Below are positions 8,845 to 18,005 of a stretch of DNA of 64,000 nt, piece after piece (the first letter of the stretch is position 1; each line of letters starts with the position of its first letter). Source of the stretch: Thiohalomonadales bacterium (GTDB lineage Bacteria > Pseudomonadota > Gammaproteobacteria > RBG-16-57-12); NCBI GenBank assembly GCA_050295955.1, contig JBNKQQ010000024.1:88529-152528 (forward strand). Reading direction: 5' to 3'. Below the pieces are notes generated by a model that had not been told where the DNA came from, did not search any database, and was given only the letters and a program-made list of their open reading frames with translations. The translations under genes were made by a program, and so were the position numbers.

Positions 8845-10014
8845 ATGGAACTGAAGGATTATCTCCGCATCATGGTAAAGTATGATGCCTCAGACCTCTA
8901 TCTAACCACTGGCGCCCCACCCAGTGCCAAAATCCAAGGGCAGCTAAAAGCCCTCAGCAAGGACCCTTTGCCGCCCGGTACCGTCAAAGAGGTGGCCTAC
9001 CGAATCATGGATGATGACCAAATTAAAGAGTTCGAGCACTCTCCTGAGATGAATCTGGCGATCTCCGAACCCAATGTGGGCCGCTTCCGTGTCAACATCT
9101 TCCAGCAGCGCAATCAGTGCGCCATGGTTATCCGTAACATCAAAACCGACATTCCCAACTGGAAAGACCTAGGGCTACCCGAGGTATTGCTGGATGTCAT
9201 CATGTCCAAGCGGGGGCTAATCCTTTTTGTAGGGGGTACCGGCTCCGGTAAATCCACCTCACTGGCTTCGCTGATTGACCATCGTAATACCAATAGTGCC
9301 GGCCATATCATCACCATTGAAGACCCGGTGGAATTTGTCCACCGCCATAAGAAATCCATTGTCAATCAACGCGAAGTTGGGGTAGACACTCTCAGCTATG
9401 AAGATGCACTGAAAAATACGCTGCGTCAGGCACCCGATGTTATCCTCATCGGTGAGATCCGTGACCAGGAAACCATGGAACATGCCCTGGCCTTCGCGGA
9501 AACCGGCCACTTGGCCATCTCTACCCTTCACGCCAACAACGCTAACCAGGCATTGGACCGTATCATCAACTTTTTCCCGGAAGATCGCCGTCAGCAGCTG
9601 CTGATGGATCTCTCACTTAACCTACGCGCCTTTGTTTCCCAGCGTCTGGTTCCAACTGTAGATGGTAAGCGGGCTGCCGCCATTGAAATCCTACTGGGCA
9701 CTCCGCTAGTGCAGGACATGATCATGAAGGGACAGGTAAAAGAGATCAAAGAGGTGATGGAGAAATCCGAGAATGTGGGTATGCGTACCTTCGACTCCGC
9801 CCTCTTCTTCCTCTACAAGGATGGAAAAATCACGCTGGAAGAGGCACTCAAAAACGCCGATTCAGAGAACAACCTACGCCTGCGTATCTCACTCTCGGAA
9901 GGCGATGCCAGTCAGCTGGGCGAAAACTCCAAGCTCTCCATGCATGGTGAGGAACCTCCTGAACCTGAAAAGCCTAAGCCACAGTCACCGCCAGGTGGAC
10001 TTAAATTAGAATAA
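8845..10014 (+). CDS. pilU: Type IV pilus retraction ATPase, PilT/PilU family (PilU-like)
   Basis: MELKDYLRIMVKYDASDLYLTTGAPPSAKIQG..., Walker A GGTGSGKST, and ...TLHANNANQALDRIINFF. The ORF-track start at 8686 is a spurious N-terminal extension. The C-terminus carries an unusual Pro/Lys/Glu-rich tail EEPPEPEKPKPQSPPGG. Confidence 0.8.
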   Translation: MELKDYLRIMVKYDASDLYLTTGAPPSAKIQGQLKALSKDPLPPGTVKEVAYRIMDDDQIKEFEHSPEMNLAISEPNVGRFRVNIFQQRNQCAMVIRNIKTDIPNWKDLGLPEVLLDVIMSKRGLILFVGGTGSGKSTSLASLIDHRNTNSAGHIITIEDPVEFVHRHKKSIVNQREVGVDTLSYEDALKNTLRQAPDVILIGEIRDQETMEHALAFAETGHLAISTLHANNANQALDRIINFFPEDRRQQLLMDLSLNLRAFVSQRLVPTVDGKRAAAIEILLGTPLVQDMIMKGQVKEIKEVMEKSENVGMRTFDSALFFLYKDGKITLEEALKNADSENNLRLRISLSEGDASQLGENSKLSMHGEEPPEPEKPKPQSPPGGLKLE

Positions 10015-10017
10015 CAA

Positions 10018-10042
10018 GAAAGGCCGCAGATGCGGCCTTTCT
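10018..10042. terminator. Bidirectional rho-independent terminator between pilU (+) and giant gene 1 (-)
   Basis: GAAAGGCCGCA-GAT-GCGGCCTTTC perfect palindromic stem with T-rich flanks on both strands. Confidence 0.6.
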
Positions 10043-10068
10043 TGTATTTATGGTACCTAGCACAGCGC

Positions 10069-13000
10069 CTAATGATAGGTCACATTGATAGTGGGTCGCT
10101 CAGACACATTACCATATTCACTAGAACGGAAACGCATACCATTCGTTGTTCCCGCCGAACGGATAATCAGGCCATTGTTTGGCACACTGCCATCAATCCA
10201 GCCTTGCACCAGCTCAACACCCGCATCATTCAGCATCAACGTGTACTTGTGGGCATCCGTAGGTATTACACTACCCATTAATACTCCTTGATTAGACTCG
10301 ATATTGGCACTGTTCCAGGTCACGCTGGACTCATCCCAACTCCCCTTCATCGCATACAGATTGTATTGACCAGAACTGGTATCGTAGACATCGAGTTCAA
10401 TCTCAGTAGCGACTACCTTGGCATTGCTTGGGATAGAGGAGAGATCCCACTTCAGCAACCCAACCAACTCGCTAGAGCTACTCAAAGCATCAGCAGTGAC
10501 ATATTCATAATCACCATAGTTGGTATTAGCGCTTCCACTCTTGATACGGCTATCTTGGGTACCACTATAACCATTCACACCATCAGTCAGCTGAACCATG
10601 GTTGGCATCACTGCTGGGGTAGCATCCTGTTTATAGGTTACAGACAGAATCGGACGATTAGCCGCAATATCATCTTCGCGTGAATCGAAGATAATACCAT
10701 CCTCACTACCCATGGTACGGATCATCAAGCCGTGATTCTCACCACCATCAACCCACTGCTGTACCAGCGCAATACCACGATCATTGAAGCTAACGGTATA
10801 TTTACCGAATGCCGCTTCCTCTATGATACCAATCAACACCCCTTGACTAGCATCGACATCAGCATTGTTCCAAGTCGCTGTCATCTCTGACCATGCACCA
10901 TGCATTGCGAACAGACCATACTGGCCACCATCGTTATAGATATTGAGGGTCAGATCTGCACCGGTAATCACTGCACCTTGTGGTACAAACGACATATCCC
11001 ACTTCAGTAGTGATACATACTCATCGTAATTGGTATCCCGTCCGTCAGCTTGCACTCGTGTGCTAGCACCATGGTTAGTATTCGCATCACCTGCTGCTAC
11101 ATAGGTATCCTGAACATCTGCCCGTTCCACAATAACACTGTTGCCACCGTTATAGCCGGTACCACATGGCAGCTCTTCACCCACCACACAGAAGCCAGAC
11201 TTTGGATCCATCATGCTATTCTGGTAGATATGTGGCGTCCAGAATGGCAGATCCACCGTCACATCATCACCATCACGGGTGTATACCTCATTCCAGAACT
11301 CTGTCATTTGAACAGATTGCGGCAACTTAAAGTTGAACATATTGGGGGCAGGGATAAAGGCTTCACTACCCGTATAGGTCATCTCAAAGTGACCACAATA
11401 ACCACCGTTCCACACGTTATGCGCAATAAACTCAATACTCAGGTTAGTGAAATCAGGTATGTACTGGGTATAGGCCTGTGGCTCAGATTTACCGCCAGTA
11501 CAGAAACCAAACTGCTCGTTACTCAGTGTTGGACTGTTGGCTTCAACATCCTGCATCCAGGATGGGAAGATCACAGTCACCTGATTGCCATTACGCTGCA
11601 CATCACCATTCCAGGTACCGTTAAATTGGGTATCCTCTGACAGAGTGAAGTGAACACCGTATGGGTATGGCTTAACACTGCTCGTAGTATTGGTCACGAC
11701 GATATCCGCACAGTAACCAGTACTCCATGAATCCCAGATATCCAGAGAATATTCCAATCCAGCCAGCTCACTCTCTACCAGCCTGATTTGATCTTCTGGA
11801 CTAAGTTGAGTATCAGGATCCGTACATACCTGGCCACCATCAGCCTTAGTGGTGATACCAAAGGAATCACTCACATTCCCTACGGTAAGTACAGCTGAAA
11901 CCATGGTGCTGAACATCGCCGATGAGTTACGTTGAACTTCGATTACATCACCTTCGATGATAGAACCAGCAGTAGTCGTCCAGCTACCACCGTTAACACG
12001 GTACTCACCATCCACAATCGATACCGATACCGCCACATTGATGCCGGTAATCATAATGGCATTTGAGAGATACGACGTATTTAGCTCTGCGTTAGTGACA
12101 TCATCGAAGCTGAATGGATCAGGGGTAATATCCTCAACCATCGCCTTGGTGGTGATATCAAAGGCATCGCTTTGGTTACCAATCGTCAGTGTTGTAGATA
12201 CTGTGGTTGTGTAGCTGGTCGAAGAATTACGACGCACCGCCACGGTATCGCCCGCATTCACATTGCCAGCCGCGGAGGTCCACGCCCCACCGTTTACACT
12301 GTACTGACCGTTCACGATGCTGATCACCACGGCCTGCTCAGGACCGCTTACGGTAATGGTGTTGGAGGTGTAGCTGGTGTTCAGCTCCGCATTCAGCTTA
12401 TCGATGAAAGTGAAGGCATTCACGTTGGTCACCGCCGCACGCGTGGTGATATCAAACGCATCGCTCACACCACCGATGGTTAAAGTAGTCGATACCATTG
12501 TCTCGTAGCTGGTCGAAGAGTTACGACGTACGGCCACCGTATCGCCAGCATTCACATTACCGGCCGCGGAAGTCCACGCCCCACCGTTTACACTGTACTC
12601 ACCGTTAGCAATGCTGATAGAGACCGCCTGCTCAGGACCGCTTACGGTAATGGTGTTGGAGGTGTAGCTGGTGTTCAGCTCCGCATCCACCTTATCAATG
12701 AAGGTAAATGGATTCACACTGTTCACCGCCGCACGCGTGGTAATATCAAACGCATCACTTACCCCACCAATGGTCAGGTTGGTAGATACCGCTGTCTCGT
12801 AGCTAGTCGATGAGTTACGACGTACGGCCACCGTATCGCCAGCATTCACATTACCGGCCGCGGAAGTCCACGCCCCACCGTTTACACTGTACTCACCGTT
12901 AGCAATGCTGATAGAGACCGCCTGCTCGGGACCGCTTACGGTAATGGTGTTGGAGGTGTAGCTGGTATTCAGCTCCGCATCCACCTTATCAATGAAGGTA

Positions 13001-16000
13001 AATGGATTAACAGTAGTGACTGCTGCACGGGTAGTGATATCGAAAGAATCACTTTGATTACCAATGGTAAGCACTACAGAAGCGGTTGTCTGATACTGAT
13101 TGGCGGATAATCCACGTACGGTAACGGTATCACCTGCTTTTACCGTGCCTGCCGCTACCATATAGGTACCACCATTAATGCTGTATGAACCATTCACAAT
13201 AGAAATAGCAACGGCTTGCTCAGGTCCACTGACAACAATGCTATTAGAGTTGTAGCGCGCATCCAGCTCCGCGTCTGTTTTATCCACAAAGCTAAATGGG
13301 TCAACATTGAGGTTAGCCGCACGGGTGGTAATATCAAAGCTGTCACTTTGTGTACCAATGGTAAGTGTTACCGACTGCATACTTTCATAGGTACTTGCAG
13401 AGTAACGGCGCACAGTCACAACATCACCGGCGCTGATAGTGCCAACCTCATTGCTCCATACCCCACCATTAATGCTGTACTGTCCGCCAACAACCGAGAT
13501 CGCTACAGGCTGCTCAGGACCACTTACCGTGATGCCATTAGAAACATAAATGGTATTCAGTTCTGCATCCGTTACATCGATAAAATTGAATGGTGTAACA
13601 CTTAGCATCGCACTACGGGTAGTGATATCAAAGGAGTCGCTTTGATCACCGATAGTCAACGTTGCAGATACGGTGGTTTCATAGCTGCTCGAAGAGGTAT
13701 TACGAACCGCTATCGTATCACCAGTCACCACTCGGCTTGGCATTGAAGTCCATGCACCACCATTAACACTAAATTCACCACTGCTAATGGTCACGAACAC
13801 AGGCAACTCAGGCCCAGTCACCGTAATAACATTGGAAGAGTAACTTGTATTCAGCTCTGCATTGGTCACATCGATAAAACTGAATGGATCAACAGTCATA
13901 ACACCAGCACGGGTTGTAATATCAAAGGCATCGCTTTGATTTCCAATGGTCAGCGTAGCGGAAACACTGATTTCATAATCATCTCCGGAACGACGACGTA
14001 CACTCACTGAATCGCCCGCGCTAATGCTGCCTATAGCCGATGTCCATGCACCACCATTGATACTGTACTCGCCACCCACGATAGAGATGGAGACTGGCTG
14101 CTCGGGGCCTGTTACAGCAATGGAATTGGAAGTGTAGAAAGTGCTCAGTTCTGCATTAGTCACATCCATGAAGCTGAATGGATTAACACTCAAATTTGCA
14201 ACACGAGTAGTGATATCGAAGCTATCGCTTTGATTACCAATCGTCAGCATTGCGGAAACTGCAGTTTCATAGTTACTCGCAGAGTTACGACGAACAACAA
14301 CCGTATCACCAGCATTCACGCTACCTACTGCAGACGTCCATGCACCACCGTTTACGCTGTATTGACCATTTACAATGCTAATAGCGACCGCCTGCTCTGG
14401 ACCACTGACGGTAATACCATTCGAGCTGTACAAGGTATTCAGATCGGCATCGACCTTATCCACAAAGGTAAATGGTGCAACACTCAAATTGGCTGCACGG
14501 GTCGTAATGTTATAGACCCCCATTTTATTGCCTACCATCAGTGAAACAGCAGTCGTTGTCTCATAATTGCTGGAGGCTATACCACGCACCCGCACACTAT
14601 CACCGGCATTTACCATACCCGAAGGTAGCCATGCACCACCATTGATACTCATTTCACCGCTGATTGCACTAGCGCTAACCGCGATCTCAGGGCCATTAAT
14701 AATGACACTATTTGAGGTATTGAGAGAGTTCAATTCAACACCGGTCACATCATTGAAGGTAAATGGATTGACATTTAAATTAGGCGAACGGGTGGTGATA
14801 TCAAAGCTGTCGCCTTGGTTACCAATACTCAAAACAACCGAAGTCGTTGCTTCATACTGATCCACTGAAGCACGACCACGCACCGAAACTCGATCACCGG
14901 CACTAATGGTACCTGGAGCCGTCGTCAAAGCACTACCATTAATGGTGTAAGAACCATTAACGATAGAGATACTCACTGGCTGCTCTGGGCCACTCACGGT
15001 AATAAAATTGGAATCATGTTGACTATCCAACTCTGCACCAATCACGTCCTTAAAGGCAAAAGGATCAACATTCAGATTCGCTGCACGGGTAGTGATATCA
15101 AAGCTGTCGCTTTGATTGCCAATGGACAATATGACTGACACCGTTGTTTCATAGGTTGCTGCAGCGCTACGCTGAACTTGAATGGTATCTCCAGCATTAA
15201 CAGTACTCGCTCTATTCATTGGCATATTACCGTTAACACTATAGTAACCACCGACAATGCTGATGCTCACAGGCGCTTCTGGACCACTGACCGTTATGAT
15301 ATTAGAGCTTTCGCCACTATTTGGCTCTACATCAAATTTATCCACAAAGATGAATGGATCGACTGTCAGATCTGCAACGCGGGTGGTGATATCAAAGGCA
15401 TCACTCATCGTACCGATAGTCAGAGTGGTAGAAACCGTTGTCTCGTAAGCCGTTGCAGAGTTACGACGCACTGCCACGGTATCCCCTGCATTCACATTAC
15501 CTGCCGCAGAGGTCCATGCACCACCGTTCTTGCTGTATTCACCGTTAATAACAGAGATCGCAACCGCCTGCTCTGGACCACTTACGGTAATAGTATTCGA
15601 GGTGTAACGGGTATTCAGTTCCGCATCCACCTTATCAATGAAGGTAAATGGATTCACACTGTTCACCGCGGCACGAGTGGTAATATCAAACGCATCACTC
15701 ACCCCACCGATGGTCAAGGTAGTAGAAACCGCTGTTTCATAGCTGGTCGATGAGTTACGACGCACTGCCACAGTATCCCCAGCAATCACATTGCCTGCCG
15801 CGGAGGTCCATACCCCACCGTTCACACTGTACTGACCGTTAACGATGCTGATGGACACGGCCTCCTCAGGGCCACTCACGGTAATGGTGTTCGAGGTATA
15901 GCTGGTGTCCAGCTCCGCATCCACCTTATCGATGAAGGTAAATGGGTTAACGGTAGTGACTGCTGCACGGGTAGTAATGTCAAAAGAATCACTTTGATTA

Positions 16001-17724
16001 CCGATGGTAAGCACTACAGACGCAGCTGTCTGATAGTCATTAGCGGATAATCCACGTACTGTAACGATATCACCTGCTTTTACCGTACTTGCTGCAGCCA
16101 TGTAAGTCCCACCATTAACGCTGTATGAGCCATTAACGATAGAGATAGCAACGGGCAACTCGGGACCACTCACGACAATACTATTAGAGTTGTACCGAGT
16201 ATTTAGCTCTGCATTGGTTTTATCTACGAAAGTGAATGGGTTTACATTAAGGTTGGCAGCACGAGTGGTGATGTCAAAGTTATCGCTCTGATTACCTACA
16301 GTAAGGGTAACCGACAAGGTGCTCTCATAAGCATTAGGAGAGTAACGACGTACACTAATGCTATCTCCCGCACTCGCGGTGCCCGATCCATTTTTCCAAA
16401 TACCACCGTTGAGGCTATATTGGCCATTCACAACCGAAAAGCTAACAGGCGCTTCAGGTCCTTTCACTGTAATAGTATTTGAAACAGTAAGCTGATTTGG
16501 CTCGGCATCGATCACATCAATAAAGCTAAATGGCTCAACATTAAGATTTGGCTCACGAGTGGTGATATCAAACGACTCTGAGAACGTTCCCACGGTCAAG
16601 ACAGCAGAAACCGTATCGCTGTATTGAGAAGAAGAGGTGCGACGCACTGTGATTTGATCACCCGCAACCACAGTGCTATTAGCAGATGACCAGCCACGAC
16701 CACTAATGAAGTACTCACCGCCAACGATCGAAATCGGTATTGCGGTATTAACATCGGTGATCGTTATGACATTCGAAAGATAATTGGTATTAACTTCGGC
16801 ATTTAAGACATCAGTCAACACAAATGGCTGAGGCGTTTGATCTATAGCTTGAGTCGTGATGTCAAAGCTATCCCACACGCCGGCGATATTTAACACCGCA
16901 GAGGTAGTTTCCCCAAAGCCTGTCGCAGAATAGTTGCGCACCTCAACGAGATACCCGGATGCAACATTGTAAGGCGCACCAGCAGGTAGCCACATGGTCC
17001 AGCCACTACCGTTATATACACGGTATTGGCCTGCACTTAGCGTCAGAGGAAATGATGTCACATCCCCCTGCTGGGCGATATTGACTTGAATTTGGTTGGA
17101 AGCATAACGGGTATTCTGCGCAGCATTGGTAACATCCGTAAACTGGATTGGCTGCAGTGTAGTACATTTCAGATCAGGATTAGGGTTACAGGCCTGGGCA
17201 CCACCATCAACGGCTAATGTTGCCTTGGCAAGAGTCAGACGAAATGCACCTGGGTGATAAGGGTCGACCTCATCCCAGTCAATATCCACCATCACTTCGA
17301 GGCCATTGTTGACCTGCTCCTTGATACCTGGAATATGGGTTAGATCAAAAGTACTAAAACTCCACTCATCGGGAGCCGCTGCCAACATGCCCACTTCGAC
17401 CCACTGGCCAGCCACTTTGACCAGAATCTTGTCATCTTCACTTTTGTAACCGACGGCATCAGTGTAATCCACATCAAAAGCGGCGATTTGTAGTGTAATA
17501 CTCTGATGGTCACCAATAATCGGATTATGTTGCCAACTCCAATCTTCATAAGGGCGACGCCAATAGGGATCATTGTATTTTTGTGCATCACTAGGAACAA
17601 AATATTCCGTAGCGGTGTTATTGGCGTATTCCTGAACATCGGTAACGGGTTGCGCTTGAGCCACAGCGATCGATGCAAGCAAAAGGAGAATCATTGCAAA
17701 TGGGCTAAATGCAGACTTCATCAT
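10069..17724 (-). CDS. Giant secreted modular protein 1 (2551 aa): signal peptide, unique N-domain, about 18 Ig-like tandem repeats, two CBM2 modules, two DNRLRE-like domains
   Basis: Signal peptide MMKSAFSPFAMILLLLASIAVAQA, preceded by AGGA 5 nt upstream of ATG. About 18 copies of a ~96-aa repeat (PF.F.D...AELNT.Y.SN.ITVSGPE..V.ISIVNG.YSVNGG.W...G.V.AGD.V.VRR.S...Y.T.VS..LTIG..SD.FDITTRAA). Two CBM2-like modules follow (W.TGYCADIVVTNTTSS...FGFC and WNGGYCGHFEMTYTG...SGFCVVGEELPC), then two ~180-aa beta-sandwich domains ending RPILSVTYK and RPTINVTYH. Confidence 0.85.
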   Translation of the reverse strand: MMKSAFSPFAMILLLLASIAVAQAQPVTDVQEYANNTATEYFVPSDAQKYNDPYWRRPYEDWSWQHNPIIGDHQSITLQIAAFDVDYTDAVGYKSEDDKILVKVAGQWVEVGMLAAAPDEWSFSTFDLTHIPGIKEQVNNGLEVMVDIDWDEVDPYHPGAFRLTLAKATLAVDGGAQACNPNPDLKCTTLQPIQFTDVTNAAQNTRYASNQIQVNIAQQGDVTSFPLTLSAGQYRVYNGSGWTMWLPAGAPYNVASGYLVEVRNYSATGFGETTSAVLNIAGVWDSFDITTQAIDQTPQPFVLTDVLNAEVNTNYLSNVITITDVNTAIPISIVGGEYFISGRGWSSANSTVVAGDQITVRRTSSSQYSDTVSAVLTVGTFSESFDITTREPNLNVEPFSFIDVIDAEPNQLTVSNTITVKGPEAPVSFSVVNGQYSLNGGIWKNGSGTASAGDSISVRRYSPNAYESTLSVTLTVGNQSDNFDITTRAANLNVNPFTFVDKTNAELNTRYNSNSIVVSGPELPVAISIVNGSYSVNGGTYMAAASTVKAGDIVTVRGLSANDYQTAASVVLTIGNQSDSFDITTRAAVTTVNPFTFIDKVDAELDTSYTSNTITVSGPEEAVSISIVNGQYSVNGGVWTSAAGNVIAGDTVAVRRNSSTSYETAVSTTLTIGGVSDAFDITTRAAVNSVNPFTFIDKVDAELNTRYTSNTITVSGPEQAVAISVINGEYSKNGGAWTSAAGNVNAGDTVAVRRNSATAYETTVSTTLTIGTMSDAFDITTRVADLTVDPFIFVDKFDVEPNSGESSNIITVSGPEAPVSISIVGGYYSVNGNMPMNRASTVNAGDTIQVQRSAAATYETTVSVILSIGNQSDSFDITTRAANLNVDPFAFKDVIGAELDSQHDSNFITVSGPEQPVSISIVNGSYTINGSALTTAPGTISAGDRVSVRGRASVDQYEATTSVVLSIGNQGDSFDITTRSPNLNVNPFTFNDVTGVELNSLNTSNSVIINGPEIAVSASAISGEMSINGGAWLPSGMVNAGDSVRVRGIASSNYETTTAVSLMVGNKMGVYNITTRAANLSVAPFTFVDKVDADLNTLYSSNGITVSGPEQAVAISIVNGQYSVNGGAWTSAVGSVNAGDTVVVRRNSASNYETAVSAMLTIGNQSDSFDITTRVANLSVNPFSFMDVTNAELSTFYTSNSIAVTGPEQPVSISIVGGEYSINGGAWTSAIGSISAGDSVSVRRRSGDDYEISVSATLTIGNQSDAFDITTRAGVMTVDPFSFIDVTNAELNTSYSSNVITVTGPELPVFVTISSGEFSVNGGAWTSMPSRVVTGDTIAVRNTSSSSYETTVSATLTIGDQSDSFDITTRSAMLSVTPFNFIDVTDAELNTIYVSNGITVSGPEQPVAISVVGGQYSINGGVWSNEVGTISAGDVVTVRRYSASTYESMQSVTLTIGTQSDSFDITTRAANLNVDPFSFVDKTDAELDARYNSNSIVVSGPEQAVAISIVNGSYSINGGTYMVAAGTVKAGDTVTVRGLSANQYQTTASVVLTIGNQSDSFDITTRAAVTTVNPFTFIDKVDAELNTSYTSNTITVSGPEQAVSISIANGEYSVNGGAWTSAAGNVNAGDTVAVRRNSSTSYETAVSTNLTIGGVSDAFDITTRAAVNSVNPFTFIDKVDAELNTSYTSNTITVSGPEQAVSISIANGEYSVNGGAWTSAAGNVNAGDTVAVRRNSSTSYETMVSTTLTIGGVSDAFDITTRAAVTNVNAFTFIDKLNAELNTSYTSNTITVSGPEQAVVISIVNGQYSVNGGAWTSAAGNVNAGDTVAVRRNSSTSYTTTVSTTLTIGNQSDAFDITTKAMVEDITPDPFSFDDVTNAELNTSYLSNAIMITGINVAVSVSIVDGEYRVNGGSWTTTAGSIIEGDVIEVQRNSSAMFSTMVSAVLTVGNVSDSFGITTKADGGQVCTDPDTQLSPEDQIRLVESELAGLEYSLDIWDSWSTGYCADIVVTNTTSSVKPYPYGVHFTLSEDTQFNGTWNGDVQRNGNQVTVIFPSWMQDVEANSPTLSNEQFGFCTGGKSEPQAYTQYIPDFTNLSIEFIAHNVWNGGYCGHFEMTYTGSEAFIPAPNMFNFKLPQSVQMTEFWNEVYTRDGDDVTVDLPFWTPHIYQNSMMDPKSGFCVVGEELPCGTGYNGGNSVIVERADVQDTYVAAGDANTNHGASTRVQADGRDTNYDEYVSLLKWDMSFVPQGAVITGADLTLNIYNDGGQYGLFAMHGAWSEMTATWNNADVDASQGVLIGIIEEAAFGKYTVSFNDRGIALVQQWVDGGENHGLMIRTMGSEDGIIFDSREDDIAANRPILSVTYKQDATPAVMPTMVQLTDGVNGYSGTQDSRIKSGSANTNYGDYEYVTADALSSSSELVGLLKWDLSSIPSNAKVVATEIELDVYDTSSGQYNLYAMKGSWDESSVTWNSANIESNQGVLMGSVIPTDAHKYTLMLNDAGVELVQGWIDGSVPNNGLIIRSAGTTNGMRFRSSEYGNVSERPTINVTYH
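11830..16850 (-). repeat. Coding tandem repeat array (about 288-bp units, about 18 copies) with a nested segmental duplication
   Basis: Adjacent units reach over 95% nt identity (e.g. about 12500..12790 vs about 12800..13010). A roughly 0.9 kb block around 12480..13400 recurs at about 15420..16340 with roughly 85-90% identity. Coordinates are approximate. Confidence 0.8.
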
Positions 17725-17924
17725 CTTATCCTGTCTAAAAAGAGCAACTAGCGGGTAGCTTTATTTTTGATATTTTATGCAGCCACGCTACACAAAAAAT
17801 ACCTTAATCTAAGGGGGTTAATGTAAATCAGAATAGGAAAAAAGTTCTGTGACTATGTTACATAAAAGTTAAATTTTCGGAAAAAGGATGATAAGACACG
17901 CCTCCAAAGGAAAATGCCGTGCAA

Positions 17925-17965
17925 TAAAAAAGCCCCCCTCAGCTATGGCTGAAGGAGGCTTATTT
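17925..17965 (-). terminator. Rho-independent terminator of giant gene 2
   Basis: On the minus strand: AGCCTCCTTCAGC-CATAG-GCTGAGGGGGGCT followed by TTTTTTT. Confidence 0.5.
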
Positions 17966-18005
17966 CAACAATTACTTGAATGTAAATGTTGTCCTTTTAA
18001 CCTGC

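Noticed and set aside
11050-11640. Long plus-strand ORFs inside the giant genes (e.g. 11050..11640, 13216..13605, 15178..15753, 23029..23577, 26177..26638)
   Set aside because: They are antisense to the giant minus-strand CDSs. They arise because the repetitive Ser/Thr/Gly/Val-rich codons lack stop codons on the reverse frame. They have no start context and no domain signal.
17725-18005. Searched intergenic regions (17725..18005, 22503..22953, 29446..30115, 37362..37497, 51390..51503) for tRNA, tmRNA or integrase attachment sites that would mark a mobile island
   Set aside because: No T-loop-like GGTTCGAAT or cloverleaf candidates, no integrase or transposase ORFs, and no flanking direct repeats were seen. 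Only promoter-like AT-rich DNA and terminator hairpins are present.
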